Source: Histomonas meleagridis 2922-C6/04-290x (Eukaryota > Protista > Parabasalia). From it: DNA of 64,000 nt. The stretch is from assembly GCA_020184695.1 (NCBI GenBank), contig JAANOX010000205.1, forward strand, positions 947,437 to 1,011,436, written 5' to 3'. The position numbers and the translations under genes are program-made. The notes under the pieces were generated by a model. It saw only the letters and a list, made by a program, of their open reading frames with translations. It made no database searches and was not told where the DNA came from. This document shows, piece by piece, positions 53,565 through 63,684 of this stretch; the stretch's first letter is position 1; the number at the start of each line of letters is the position of its first letter.

Positions 53565-54512
53565 ATGTTTGCATTCCTCCTTTCTGCAGCTGCATGCGTT
53601 CAAATCCTTCAGCATGAAGAGAAGAGCTTCCTCTCCTTCATGAGAGAAACCAACCAATACTACACAGGTAACGAATATCAAGTCCGTCTTGGTATCTATC
53701 TCTCAAACGTCCGTCTTGTTCAAGATTTCAACAAGGCTAACACATTCAAGGTTGGTATCAACAAATTCGCTACATACACACCAGCAGAATATAAGGCATT
53801 ACTCGGTGCTCTCCCAGAACAAATCGAATCCCGCCCATCCCTTCAAAAGAAGTTTGCTGCTCCAGATAACTTCGACTGGCGTGACAAGGGTGCTGTTTGC
53901 CCAATCAAGGATCAAGCACAATGTGGTTCATGCTGGGCATTCTCAGCTGCCTCTGCTGCAGAATCAGCCTGGTTCATTGCTAACAACGAACTTATCTCCC
54001 TCTCTGAACAAAACTTAGTTGATTGCGTTACATCATGCTATGGATGCAATGGTGGCTGGCCATACAAGACATACGACTATGTTATCAAGAAGCAAGGTGG
54101 TCAATTCATGAGAGAAGATGACTATCCATACACAGGCACTGACGGATCTTGCCAATGGGATTCATCAAAGGGTGTCATCAAGATCAAGAGCTATGTTAAG
54201 ATCTCCAGCGGTGATGAAGATGACCAAAAGGAAAAGATCTACCAATACGGTGTTGCTTCAATTTGCATTGATGCTTCACAATGGTCCTTCCAAATGTACC
54301 AATCTGGTATCTATGATGAAGAAAGCTGCTCATCATACCGCCTTAACCACGCTGTTAACGCTGTTGGTTATGGTGTTCAAGACGGCACACCATACTGGAT
54401 CGTTCGTAACTCATGGGGCACATCATGGGGTGACAAAGGTTACATCTTAATGATCCGTAACAAGAACAACCAATGCGGTGTTGCATCATCCTCAGTCATT
54501 CCAACTTGCTAA
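53565..54512 (+). CDS. Cathepsin L-like papain-family (C1A) cysteine protease
   Basis: Signal peptide MFAFLLSAAAC, prodomain, QAQCGSCWAF, LNHAV, YWIVRNSWG. Strong codon bias suggests high expression. Confidence 0.97.
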   Translation: MFAFLLSAAACVQILQHEEKSFLSFMRETNQYYTGNEYQVRLGIYLSNVRLVQDFNKANTFKVGINKFATYTPAEYKALLGALPEQIESRPSLQKKFAAPDNFDWRDKGAVCPIKDQAQCGSCWAFSAASAAESAWFIANNELISLSEQNLVDCVTSCYGCNGGWPYKTYDYVIKKQGGQFMREDDYPYTGTDGSCQWDSSKGVIKIKSYVKISSGDEDDQKEKIYQYGVASICIDASQWSFQMYQSGIYDEESCSSYRLNHAVNAVGYGVQDGTPYWIVRNSWGTSWGDKGYILMIRNKNNQCGVASSSVIPTC

Positions 54513-54927
54513 ACGATGAATCTTCAACTATATTTTAATTTTTAGTGATAACTTGTTTTTTTAAAGTAATCAAATTGATGTATTTAAAAATCTGTTATTT
54601 GCTTTACATCATAGCAAATGAGGAGATGTTTAATGCAAATTTTTTAGAAAAATATTAATAAAAATTGTTTTACAGCTTTAGTATACTTGTAGAAAGTATA
54701 AATTTCTTGAACGTTGTATTGCATGCATAAAACAGTGTGCGCAATAATATAAAAATCATATTAAGGTGCTTAAAAATATTTTTAAGCAATTGCTTTTTTC
54801 ATTTTAATAATAAGATTCAGCAAAATAAATTTCCATTCTTTTCGTGTGTTGCTCATTTCGAAGTCGGGAAAATATCCAAAAAGTGACTAAATCAGTAACG
54901 TTAGAAGAAAAAGCAGAAGAGTTTCAA

Positions 54928-55860
54928 ATGAACGAGGCAGAATCACAATGCCTCCGTATTGCAGAAAGAATTATTGGGTGCTTGAATGGGGGAGAAGTGC
55001 TAAGAAAATACCTAGGAATAAAAAAACGAATTTTTCAAAATGAAGACAAATCACCACAAATTTCAAAGCATTTGAAAACAATTGCAATGGAAAATAGAAG
55101 TTTGATGCAAAATCTTGAGAAAATTAAAAACGAAAGCTCTAATCAAATAACTTTAAATGATTGGATAATTGATCAAATTCAATCATTTCAAAAAAAATTA
55201 TTACCTGAATCAGAAACACTCGACAACATTACTTTTGAAACTGCTTGTTCATCTTTAAATCAAGTTGTTGATGCCAAAATTGCCTCAAATTCAATCATTC
55301 GTCAAAAACTCACTGATGACAATTCTCAGATTCGCAATAAAATTTCTTCTCTTATTGCAGCTTCTAAGTCAGATCTTAAAATGTATTCACTTAAAAGGAA
55401 CGAATCCATTAATTTATTTCATCAATATCAAGAACAGCTCCAAACTCAAATACAAAAATGCAACAAAAAAGTAGAGAAATATAATCAACAAATTAAAGTC
55501 CTGAAGAAAGATAATGAAAATATTAACAAATTTATTAATGAAAAACATCAAATTGCGCAAAGCATCACACAAAAAAAACAAAAATATGAAAGAAAAAAAA
55601 GTATTTCCCAAGAGAGAATATCAATGCTTCGTTCGAATGCGAATTCTCTCAGTAATCAACTCCATTCTAAAACCCATGAAATTGAAATACGAAAGACATC
55701 TCAACGATTTGGCATCGAAAATATCACAGACGAAGAAATAGCCGAACTTAACAGACTTGAAGAAGAACTCACATTATTGGAAGATAGAAATAATTTCCTC
55801 TCAGTGGAACTCAAAATGAAGAAACTCATTCAGAACAACACAATTGAGGACTCTGTTTGA
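54928..55860 (+). CDS. Coiled-coil hypothetical protein
   Basis: The first ATG is at 54928 (the ORF-track start is GTG). Heptad-rich. Confidence 0.7.
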   Translation: MNEAESQCLRIAERIIGCLNGGEVLRKYLGIKKRIFQNEDKSPQISKHLKTIAMENRSLMQNLEKIKNESSNQITLNDWIIDQIQSFQKKLLPESETLDNITFETACSSLNQVVDAKIASNSIIRQKLTDDNSQIRNKISSLIAASKSDLKMYSLKRNESINLFHQYQEQLQTQIQKCNKKVEKYNQQIKVLKKDNENINKFINEKHQIAQSITQKKQKYERKKSISQERISMLRSNANSLSNQLHSKTHEIEIRKTSQRFGIENITDEEIAELNRLEEELTLLEDRNNFLSVELKMKKLIQNNTIEDSV

Positions 55861-55889
55861 ATAAGTAAACGTATTCTGTATTCTATCGT

Positions 55890-57035
55890 TTAACATTTGA
55901 GCATCAAAAGCATATCTTCGCGATGATTGAGGCCGCTAATTGCCTTTTCCATGGAGAAAACCCATGTCTCATTATCAGGATTTTCAGCTCCCATGGTAAT
56001 TATAAGCTCTCTAGTTTGCTTACAGTATTCCATACTGAATGAATGCTTTCTTGGAAGCATAAAGAGACCGTTATCGGTCACTTTTCCCCTTTCAAAAGAA
56101 ACCGTTTCGCCATCAGGGAGAACGTTAAGGATAAACCACCAACTTCGTTCAATGTCAAGTGCGTAAATAAAGGTTTCTTGGTGTTTGCTTTTCCCGCCGA
56201 AGTACAGGACATACTTCCCAACAACTGCCATCGAGGAACCAACCTTTTTAGGTGGTGGCGCAACACCAGTCGTTTGAACATAATTAACAGTTTCTTTATC
56301 CATATCAATTTCAAGATATGCTTCAAAACTTGAATTTCCATAAGCAATAATTTTGTTGTTGTATTTAACATGTGGAATTCCTGTACGGCCTTGGATATTT
56401 GTTGGAACATTCCTCCATGTAAGAGTATTAATATCTAAAATATTAAGTTCTGTTGGAAATGTGCCATCAAATCCTCCCCATATGAAAATTTTCCCATTAT
56501 ATGAATCAATCAATGGAGATGATCGAGGTGATGGAGTCAATCCATTTGTCTTAATTGAAGATACTTCTGATGTTTTAAGGTTGACGTAATGAAGATCACC
56601 ATAGTATGTACCACTGTAATATCCTCCAAAGATAACAATGTAATTACCAAGAATTATAGCGCGAGATCCATTTCTTGGAGATCTTAATTCTCCATGTAAA
56701 GGAAGTTTTTCCCATTTACGACTTGCAAGATTAAGTTTCCATATGTCTGTGTTTGGGACTTTATCTTTTGTTTGTCCATAACCAATATATAGATATTTTC
56801 CGTCAGAAGCAGTAAAATGTCCACTGAGGCTATCAGGGTGCTCTTGGGCGTTCTGGTTTTCGACATGCCAGTATGCGTAAAATCCAGAAGTTCTAATATA
56901 ATTTGATAAAAATGAAGATGCTGTTTTGATATATGATTGTATAATTTTATCATTAGAAATATTACAGTACTGTGTAAGGTTTGCTTGAGAAATTAGCTCC
57001 TGTGAGTGGTAAGGGTGACTTTCGTCTTGTCCCAT
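55890..57035 (-). CDS. Kelch-repeat protein with a possible N-myristoylation start (MGQDES)
   Basis: Kelch motifs IVIFGG, PSPRSS, IFIWGG, VLYFGG. The first ATG is at 57035. Confidence 0.85.
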   Translation of the reverse strand: MGQDESHPYHSQELISQANLTQYCNISNDKIIQSYIKTASSFLSNYIRTSGFYAYWHVENQNAQEHPDSLSGHFTASDGKYLYIGYGQTKDKVPNTDIWKLNLASRKWEKLPLHGELRSPRNGSRAIILGNYIVIFGGYYSGTYYGDLHYVNLKTSEVSSIKTNGLTPSPRSSPLIDSYNGKIFIWGGFDGTFPTELNILDINTLTWRNVPTNIQGRTGIPHVKYNNKIIAYGNSSFEAYLEIDMDKETVNYVQTTGVAPPPKKVGSSMAVVGKYVLYFGGKSKHQETFIYALDIERSWWFILNVLPDGETVSFERGKVTDNGLFMLPRKHSFSMEYCKQTRELIITMGAENPDNETWVFSMEKAISGLNHREDMLLMLKC

Positions 57036-57358
57036 TTGTGATGTAATGAGCTGATAGATGTAAGGAAGTAAAGTATACAAAATTCAACATTAGAAGGTTT
57101 GGCCCGATAGAAAAAATGAGGGCTGCTTGGCCAAATCCCCATTGAAAACAAAGCTTTGAATGCCTTCGGTTAACCCAAATGTTCGTGCCAGTCACAATGT
57201 GTTGGATCGCTTATCTAGAAAAGCAATAACTACAGATTTGGTTATTTCACACTTAGGACATTCAAAAATAATTACACATTTGTATTATACCAATATGTAA
57301 TCACGATTTAAATTGAAAACTCAAAGATAATGAACAATGAAATAGTTTTTTCTTTCAT

Positions 57359-58159
57359 TTATTGAGTGTTTTCTTCTGGCTTTTTTTCTTCAGGCTTGAC
57401 ATCATCACTTTTGATTTCTTCTTTTGCTTCTTCTGGCTTTGTTTCAACATTTTCCTCTTCTTTTTTAGCTTCTTCTTGAGGCTTTTCTTCATGTTCAATT
57501 ATTTCAACTTTTTGTGGTGGTTCTTTGGTTTCTTCCTCTTCTTCCTCTTCTAACAATGCTTCTTCTCTTTGCGCTTTTATTGTAATCTCCTTTAATTTCA
57601 TTAAAATTTCTTTTTGTGATGAGATGAAATCTTGGTAACGTGCTTCTTTTTCTTCTTTGGTCTCTTGTATAATACCTGCATCTGATATTGAATCATAAAG
57701 CTTGTTAAGTGATTCGGTAACTTTAAATAACATGAGGATTGGTACTGAAATTGATTTTTGTGCGACGGCTGCTTCTGTTAAATCATTAATGAACTTTTGA
57801 ACACGATTCATTACGATAGGAATTGCTTGGAGAGATTCTTGCGGGGTCTTTTGTTCTTCATCTTGTTGTTGAGCTTTCAAGGTTGATATAATTGCCTCTT
57901 GAATTTCAATTAATTGTAACTTCTTTTGCTCAAGAAGAGATTCCTTTTCAGCAAGTTCTTTTTGAAGTTGTTTTGCACGTGGTGCAGCAATTTCAAAATC
58001 TTGAATTAGTTCAAGATTTTTTTGCATTTGTTCCCTAAGCTTCTCGTTTTCTGCTTCAACAGCCATTGCGTTTGTAGTAGTTTGGAGAGCAAGTTGTATA
58101 GCTTTTGCAAATAAATCGTTGGATGACATTTGTTCTAAAATAAACGGTTCTCTTTCCAT
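57359..58159 (-). CDS. Coiled-coil protein with acidic C-terminal tail
   Basis: 266-aa ATG ORF, E/K/Q-rich. Confidence 0.8.
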   Translation of the reverse strand: MEREPFILEQMSSNDLFAKAIQLALQTTTNAMAVEAENEKLREQMQKNLELIQDFEIAAPRAKQLQKELAEKESLLEQKKLQLIEIQEAIISTLKAQQQDEEQKTPQESLQAIPIVMNRVQKFINDLTEAAVAQKSISVPILMLFKVTESLNKLYDSISDAGIIQETKEEKEARYQDFISSQKEILMKLKEITIKAQREEALLEEEEEEETKEPPQKVEIIEHEEKPQEEAKKEEENVETKPEEAKEEIKSDDVKPEEKKPEENTQ

Positions 58160-58224
58160 GAACGTTTAAAATGAATTGAAAATAACGGTCTCAACATGGT
58201 TGACCAATTCAAAACCGTTATCCA
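58160..58224. promoter_or_regulatory. 65-nt bidirectional promoter with inverted Myb/M3-like elements
   Basis: ATAACGGT (58182-58189) and ACCGTTAT (58214-58221) form an inverted pair around TCAAC-ATG-GTTGA. Confidence 0.65.
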
Positions 58225-60354
58225 ATGCCACCTAAGCAAAGAAAAGGAAACAAGACAAATAACGAAGCTGATCAATACCAAGAAAAACAAAAGAATGTTA
58301 CTGTAGGAATTGTTTTATGTCATCCTATGGAATGTTCTTTATCACCAATTACAAATGAATTACCACCATGTCTTTTCCCTATTTGTAATTCACCAGTTCT
58401 TCTTTACACACTTAATTGGCTTAATGTTAATGGTATAGAAAAAATATATATATTATGTGATTCGCGTCATGTTTCTAGTATTAATTCTGTTGTAGATCAA
58501 TGTAGGAAACGTCTTCTTATGGATTCCATTGATATACTTGATACCACTGATAAAATATACACTATTGGTGATGCTATGCGCTGGATCGATTTCTGGAATC
58601 AAAATTCAAATGCCTTTAAAAACTGTGTTATTGTTCAAGGAAACCTTATTACTAATGTACCGTTAGCACCCATTATAGCAGAGCATAAGAAACGTGTTGA
58701 ATCAGCCACAGTCAAAGATTATGAACCAGTTCTTACTACAGTTTTTACTCAATCCTCCACTGATGGTTACACAGTTGTTGCCAATGACTCTAACATGATT
58801 TTGCATGTTCAGTCTCCACCAATTTTACCATTACCATTGTTATCACCTAATCTCAAAATTGATCCACATTTTTTCAAGTCATCACAAGCAGTCCGTGTTA
58901 AGACATGCCTTAACGACAGTAAAATTTACATATGTACCAGTCAATTACTAGCCAATTTCAAAGATTCGTTTGATTGGCACAATGTCCTAAATGATTGTAT
59001 TCCATCCATGATTCGTTCTCTTGACCTATTGAATCATGCGAGCTATGCATCTTTTGCACCCAATTGTTTTTCAGCATGTATCGATGATCTTCCATCATAC
59101 ATAAGTGCCACACTTGCGATTGTTCGTCGTTGGATATATCCTGTTACAGTTGAAATGAACTTCTTTAGTCCATATGAAGCGGTATCATTATGTTATGAAA
59201 CATTTGATGATGACGAAAGTCAAAATCAAACTTCAAAATCTAATGAAGTTACATCGTATCACTTGGGACGTGATCTTGTTTATCTTCATGACAATGTATT
59301 TCCATCATTAACATCCAAAATTGGACATTCAGTTGTCATAGGCAGTGAAACTCAATTATGTGATAATTGTGTTGTCCGTAATTCTACAATTGGTTGTGGA
59401 TGTTATATTGGCAAAGGTGTTGTCATAGAAAATAGTATCATATGGGATCATGTTCACATCGAAGATGGTGCACATATTACTAATTCATTAATTGCGAGTA
59501 AATGTAATATAGCGGCGAACGTTAACATATCATTCGGCTGTATCCTATCGTTCGAGTCTATCGTCGATGTTGATTTACCGCCATGTCGAAGATTAACTAT
59601 CTTATGTTCACAAGAAGAAGAAGATGGAGAAGGGTTTGGGTTTGTTGAACATGCGCCTAAATGGCTTAAAGATTATGTTAATGAGAAAGAACCTCTTGAT
59701 TTACCAGAAGAATCATATACATATGAATTTATACCTTATGCAGAACATGAATTACCATTATTACGTATGTGGCTCCAAATTGATCATGATACATTTCCAG
59801 TTGACGAGAGTGTAATTGCATATGATAATGACATGAAGCATAAAAACAATGACGACTTAATGGATGAAGAAGAAGTCATAGAAGAATCAGATGATGGCGA
59901 AATTGTTGCATTAAATAAGGACTTCCAAGAAGATGCGTCAAGTTTACTTAAGTCGATTCTTAACGCAGATTCTAACATAGACATTGATCAATTACGATCA
60001 GAGTTTGTTTCCTTAAAGAACTCGAAATATGCGGAACATATCGATTGCGCAGTTGCATTAATGCTTGCAATTGTTGAACATTGGGGAAAGGATTTAATAG
60101 AAGGAATTGATCTCCTCGGCAGCTTGTTGAAGTCATTTCTAAATGATATCGATGAGCAACAGGACTTCCTCTTCTGGTGGCAAAGCTATTGCGCTAAAAC
60201 AGCGCAAAAGGATTTGTTTATGATGGGATTGAAGCCTCTTGTGAATAAGGGAATCATCACTTATGACGCTTTGGATAAATGGGCCGATGAACAGGATGAC
60301 TGTAATGAGCAACAGAAAGAATTATATGATATATACACTGAAACTGAAATTTAA
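58225..60354 (+). CDS. EIF2B5: Translation initiation factor eIF2B epsilon subunit
   Basis: Nucleotidyltransferase-like N-domain (PPCLFPICNSPVLLYTLNWL), hexapeptide left-handed beta-helix (SVVIG...NSTIG...NSIIW) and an acidic W2-like C-domain. Confidence 0.85.
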   Translation: MPPKQRKGNKTNNEADQYQEKQKNVTVGIVLCHPMECSLSPITNELPPCLFPICNSPVLLYTLNWLNVNGIEKIYILCDSRHVSSINSVVDQCRKRLLMDSIDILDTTDKIYTIGDAMRWIDFWNQNSNAFKNCVIVQGNLITNVPLAPIIAEHKKRVESATVKDYEPVLTTVFTQSSTDGYTVVANDSNMILHVQSPPILPLPLLSPNLKIDPHFFKSSQAVRVKTCLNDSKIYICTSQLLANFKDSFDWHNVLNDCIPSMIRSLDLLNHASYASFAPNCFSACIDDLPSYISATLAIVRRWIYPVTVEMNFFSPYEAVSLCYETFDDDESQNQTSKSNEVTSYHLGRDLVYLHDNVFPSLTSKIGHSVVIGSETQLCDNCVVRNSTIGCGCYIGKGVVIENSIIWDHVHIEDGAHITNSLIASKCNIAANVNISFGCILSFESIVDVDLPPCRRLTILCSQEEEDGEGFGFVEHAPKWLKDYVNEKEPLDLPEESYTYEFIPYAEHELPLLRMWLQIDHDTFPVDESVIAYDNDMKHKNNDDLMDEEEVIEESDDGEIVALNKDFQEDASSLLKSILNADSNIDIDQLRSEFVSLKNSKYAEHIDCAVALMLAIVEHWGKDLIEGIDLLGSLLKSFLNDIDEQQDFLFWWQSYCAKTAQKDLFMMGLKPLVNKGIITYDALDKWADEQDDCNEQQKELYDIYTETEI

Positions 60355-60617
60355 ATTAGATTTTGATCATGAATAAAATGAAATCAATTGTAAGAAATGT
60401 GAAAATTCTTTATACGAATAAATTTATTCATAGAAAATTGTAAAAAATATGTGTTTATACTGTATAACATTTAGTTGTATTATTCAACTCTTGAAGCACA
60501 AAAGAGACAAATGCTTAAAAAAGTAAAACAAAACCCTTCTTTCTATTGTGAAAAGTAGAGATTTAAAATTGGGTAATAAAAATATATGTAATTATACGAA
60601 AATGTTCGTTTAAGGGC

Positions 60618-60935
60618 ATGAGCTATTCATATGAACAAAGTGGTACTGGTGATTTACATATTGTTTATTTGACTTGTTTGGCAATTGCAATCGAAAAAAA
60701 GAATTTAGAAATAGTAAAATTATTGATCGAAACGAAGAAATTTGATATTAAAAGAGTAACGTACAATGAATATGATATTGATGAATATGTTAATATTATT
60801 CATTCAATTGCAGAATTTCGAGATGATGAAGGTGATGAAAACTATTTTGATTATTTAGAATACTGCAAAAAACATGGAACAGATGAAATTTCGGAATATT
60901 TGGAAAAAATAGAAAAGAAAAATATTAATAAATAA
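60618..60935 (+). CDS. Small protein with degenerate ankyrin-like motif
   Basis: LAIAIEKKNLEIVKLLIE. Its 3' half is part of the inverted duplication. Confidence 0.5.
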   Translation: MSYSYEQSGTGDLHIVYLTCLAIAIEKKNLEIVKLLIETKKFDIKRVTYNEYDIDEYVNIIHSIAEFRDDEGDENYFDYLEYCKKHGTDEISEYLEKIEKKNINK

Positions 60936-63227
60936 AAAATGAAAATATTTAATAAATATAAATGATAAAATAATAAAACATTCTGATAGCGTATAAAAAA
61001 TATTTTCATTAAGGAATAGCACATGGATTGAATGGACATTTCTTAAGTTTAAAATACGCGCATTCGACTTTTTCTTTAGTGTTTATGAAAATGAAATGAA
61101 ATATTGTTTAATTCATAAGTCTTCCAAAGAATTCGATTCTTCTCAGTGTAAGTAAGAGGGAGCCGTACTGATTATAATCAGTTTGTGTTAGCTTCAAATA
61201 ACGGAACGGTCCTTGCTTTACTTGAATCTCAAAGAATGATTCTTGAAGGTCTCCATTTAGTGAACTATCATTGGATCTTTCATCAAGAATTGTCCAATTA
61301 ATTACGTCATTAGAACCCTCCAACTTCCAACTTTTAAAATGATGTGGCCATTTACTTGAAACAGATTTTAATGAATATGAAGTGAGAGAAACTTTTCTAT
61401 ATTTGAAATCAAATAAAATAAATTGATTTACAATGTTTTTTGTAAAAAATTCTCCTTCATCTTGTACAATACTACTTAATGGATATTTTTTATCATCTAA
61501 AACTGAAGATGCTGTCACTTTAATTGTTCCGTTTGTTATAATATTTCCATTACTTTCCTTTGTGAGATGATCGAGAATTCCATTAAATTTATTAGTTCCA
61601 TCATATTTAAATAGAAAAGGTAAAAATCTCTTTCGAAATTCTTCGTCAGATCGTTTGCCTCGAATTTTACTAAGTGAAGGCCACAACTCACCGATTTTCT
61701 GATGAGGAAGTAAATTGACAATGGATGTTAATCTGTCAGAATCTTCTTCTTCTAAAAATTCACAGTGAATATATTTAAATAAGACATAAAATTCTGGATT
61801 TTGTTGATATTTTTCAATAACAAAATCAAGTAACGATTTTTCATTTTCAAGTTTGAGTTTATCACATTTCAAAAGTAATTCTAATTGTGACAACGAAAAA
61901 TTTTGTTCTTTAATTTCTTCAAAAATGTTTTTGCTCCATATTCAATTTCTTTGTCAATATTAATTCCTACTTTAGTTTTAAGATTAAGAATATTTATTAA
62001 ATTGTCATTATTGATTTCAAGAGGCAATTTTTCTATAAGTTCTGGATTTTTAAGTTGGTTAAAAATGTTGATAAGTGGATCTTCCAAATCAATAATATTA
62101 ACACTTTGTCCATGTAATAATTCCTCGAATTTATGAATTATTTCATCTGTTACAACTTCGTCAACTTTTAAAAAATTCATTTTTGGGTTTTTAGCTTTCA
62201 TATTTGAAACAACAGGTGAAATAAATTCTGCAAGGAAATCAGGTACTTTTAATAATTTATCATTTTGAAATCGAAACTCGAAATTATTTTCATAATTTTT
62301 AAAATTAATTCTTTTTAAACCTTCAACTGAAAGTGAAAAATTCAACAAACATTTACAATAGACATTTTCTTCATATGGTTTGATACCATCGTTTGATTTC
62401 GATTCCATAATAATTTGTGCAAAATATGCCAATTAGGAATTCAATGCTAACGGTTGGGCTGCACCCAAAAACCGCTACATTGAACGAAATATTAATGTTG
62501 ATGAATCTGTTAAAGTAACAAATAATAGCAATTTATTTAATATTAAATTTTTTGAGATTGATGTTTTATGACATTTAATAATAAAGAAGATTAAGATAAT
62601 GTAGTCAATTGACTAAAAAGTAAACAAGATGAAAACACTATTTTTTGGAATCTATATTTTACAATGTGTATTTTTTGGTTTGTTCAGGTGTTAAACCTAA
62701 GTCCTTTTGTTTACGATATAGATCTTCGATCCTCCAATATTTGTGATTGCAAATTTCGATAAAATAAAGATCAAGTGAACCATCGGCACCTGTTGTTGCT
62801 TAATAATTTACAAACAAAACAAAATTACAAAAACACATTTTATGAACAAAACAGAATCTGAACCGTATTTACCTCAGCGGACATTTCACAATGTACTTTG
62901 GCGGGATATTTCTCGACTTTCCAGAGTCATCGAGAAATTTTAATTTATAACAATTCCCAGTTTCTGACGGTGGCTTTAGCACGTCTGCTTCATAGAAAAC
63001 AGATGTCCACGAGCCATTGCTCTCTGGAAACAGCGAAAGTACGCGCGTTTTGGGTGGAAACTCTACTGCTTTGATATTCCGATCAGGCAAAGAAGTTGGG
63101 AGAGGAATAACATTGTTTCTGTCAACTGTGATGGAAGAAGTTGAATCCGATTCGGCGTCACATATTCTGTAGCCATTTTCTTCCATTGCTAATACATAAC
63201 ATAATGTCCATTCGTTATTTAATTTTG
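60797..63227 (-). repeat. Right (donor) arm of the 2.4-kb inverted duplication
   Basis: Continuous with intact flanking gene sequence on both sides, unlike the 48125-50568 copy. Confidence 0.95.
61108..62408 (-). CDS. BTB/BACK-like plus F5/8 type C (discoidin-like) domain protein, one apparent frameshift
   Basis: ORFs 61881-62432 and 61108-61893 join if two extra homopolymer bases near 61920-61932 are removed (the left copy reads GAKHFEEIKEQ here). Motifs FLAEFISP, LKLENEKSLLDFV and SWKLEGSND..NWTILD...FRYLKLTQ. Confidence 0.7.
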
Positions 63228-63684
63228 ATGCAACAAATGAACCAACGGGTACTGGGGTATCATGAGGAAGTGGAACAGACCCACATAATGGTGGATAGGG
63301 CATACTAACTTGAGGAAGATCATTTGATAAAAATACATTAAACATTTTATCATGCGTGTTAGAGTTGAATTGCGGGGTTGAAGGAGAACGAGAGTGCGCA
63401 CTTGATGTAAAGCCAGAAGAATAAGCTGATATTATAGGAGAAACAGTTGTATCATCAATCTTGGAAAGTATCCTTTGGGATTGCATAATCGCACTATCTA
63501 TTCTTGCAATGACATTTGTGTATTTAAGATTGATTGAAGAATATTGTTTTGAACAATGGGGCGGGGGATACAATGCTTCAAAAGAAGTTTCAAGATCATT
63601 TACCAATGATTCTAATTCACAAGAATCTTTTGCAAGTGAATATAACATTTCCATGAAACCTGGATCTGCGATAGCCTCATCCAT
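62869..63684 (-). CDS. SGF29: SGF29-like tandem Tudor protein (SAGA-associated factor 29)
   Basis: PPLCGSVP...VGSFVASK..NEWTL...VIPLP...RVLSLFP...TSVFYEA...YKLKF.D. The first usable ATG is at 63684. Confidence 0.85.
   Translation of the reverse strand: MDEAIADPGFMEMLYSLAKDSCELESLVNDLETSFEALYPPPHCSKQYSSINLKYTNVIARIDSAIMQSQRILSKIDDTTVSPIISAYSSGFTSSAHSRSPSTPQFNSNTHDKMFNVFLSNDLPQVSMPYPPLCGSVPLPHDTPVPVGSFVASKLNNEWTLCYVLAMEENGYRICDAESDSTSSITVDRNNVIPLPTSLPDRNIKAVEFPPKTRVLSLFPESNGSWTSVFYEADVLKPPSETGNCYKLKFLDDSGKSRNIPPKYIVKCPLR

Noticed and set aside
48125-63227. Maverick/Polinton or other transposon bounded by long terminal inverted repeats
   Set aside because: The arms consist of ordinary host gene fragments and the interior holds housekeeping genes. 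No integrase, polB, ATPase or transposase is present.
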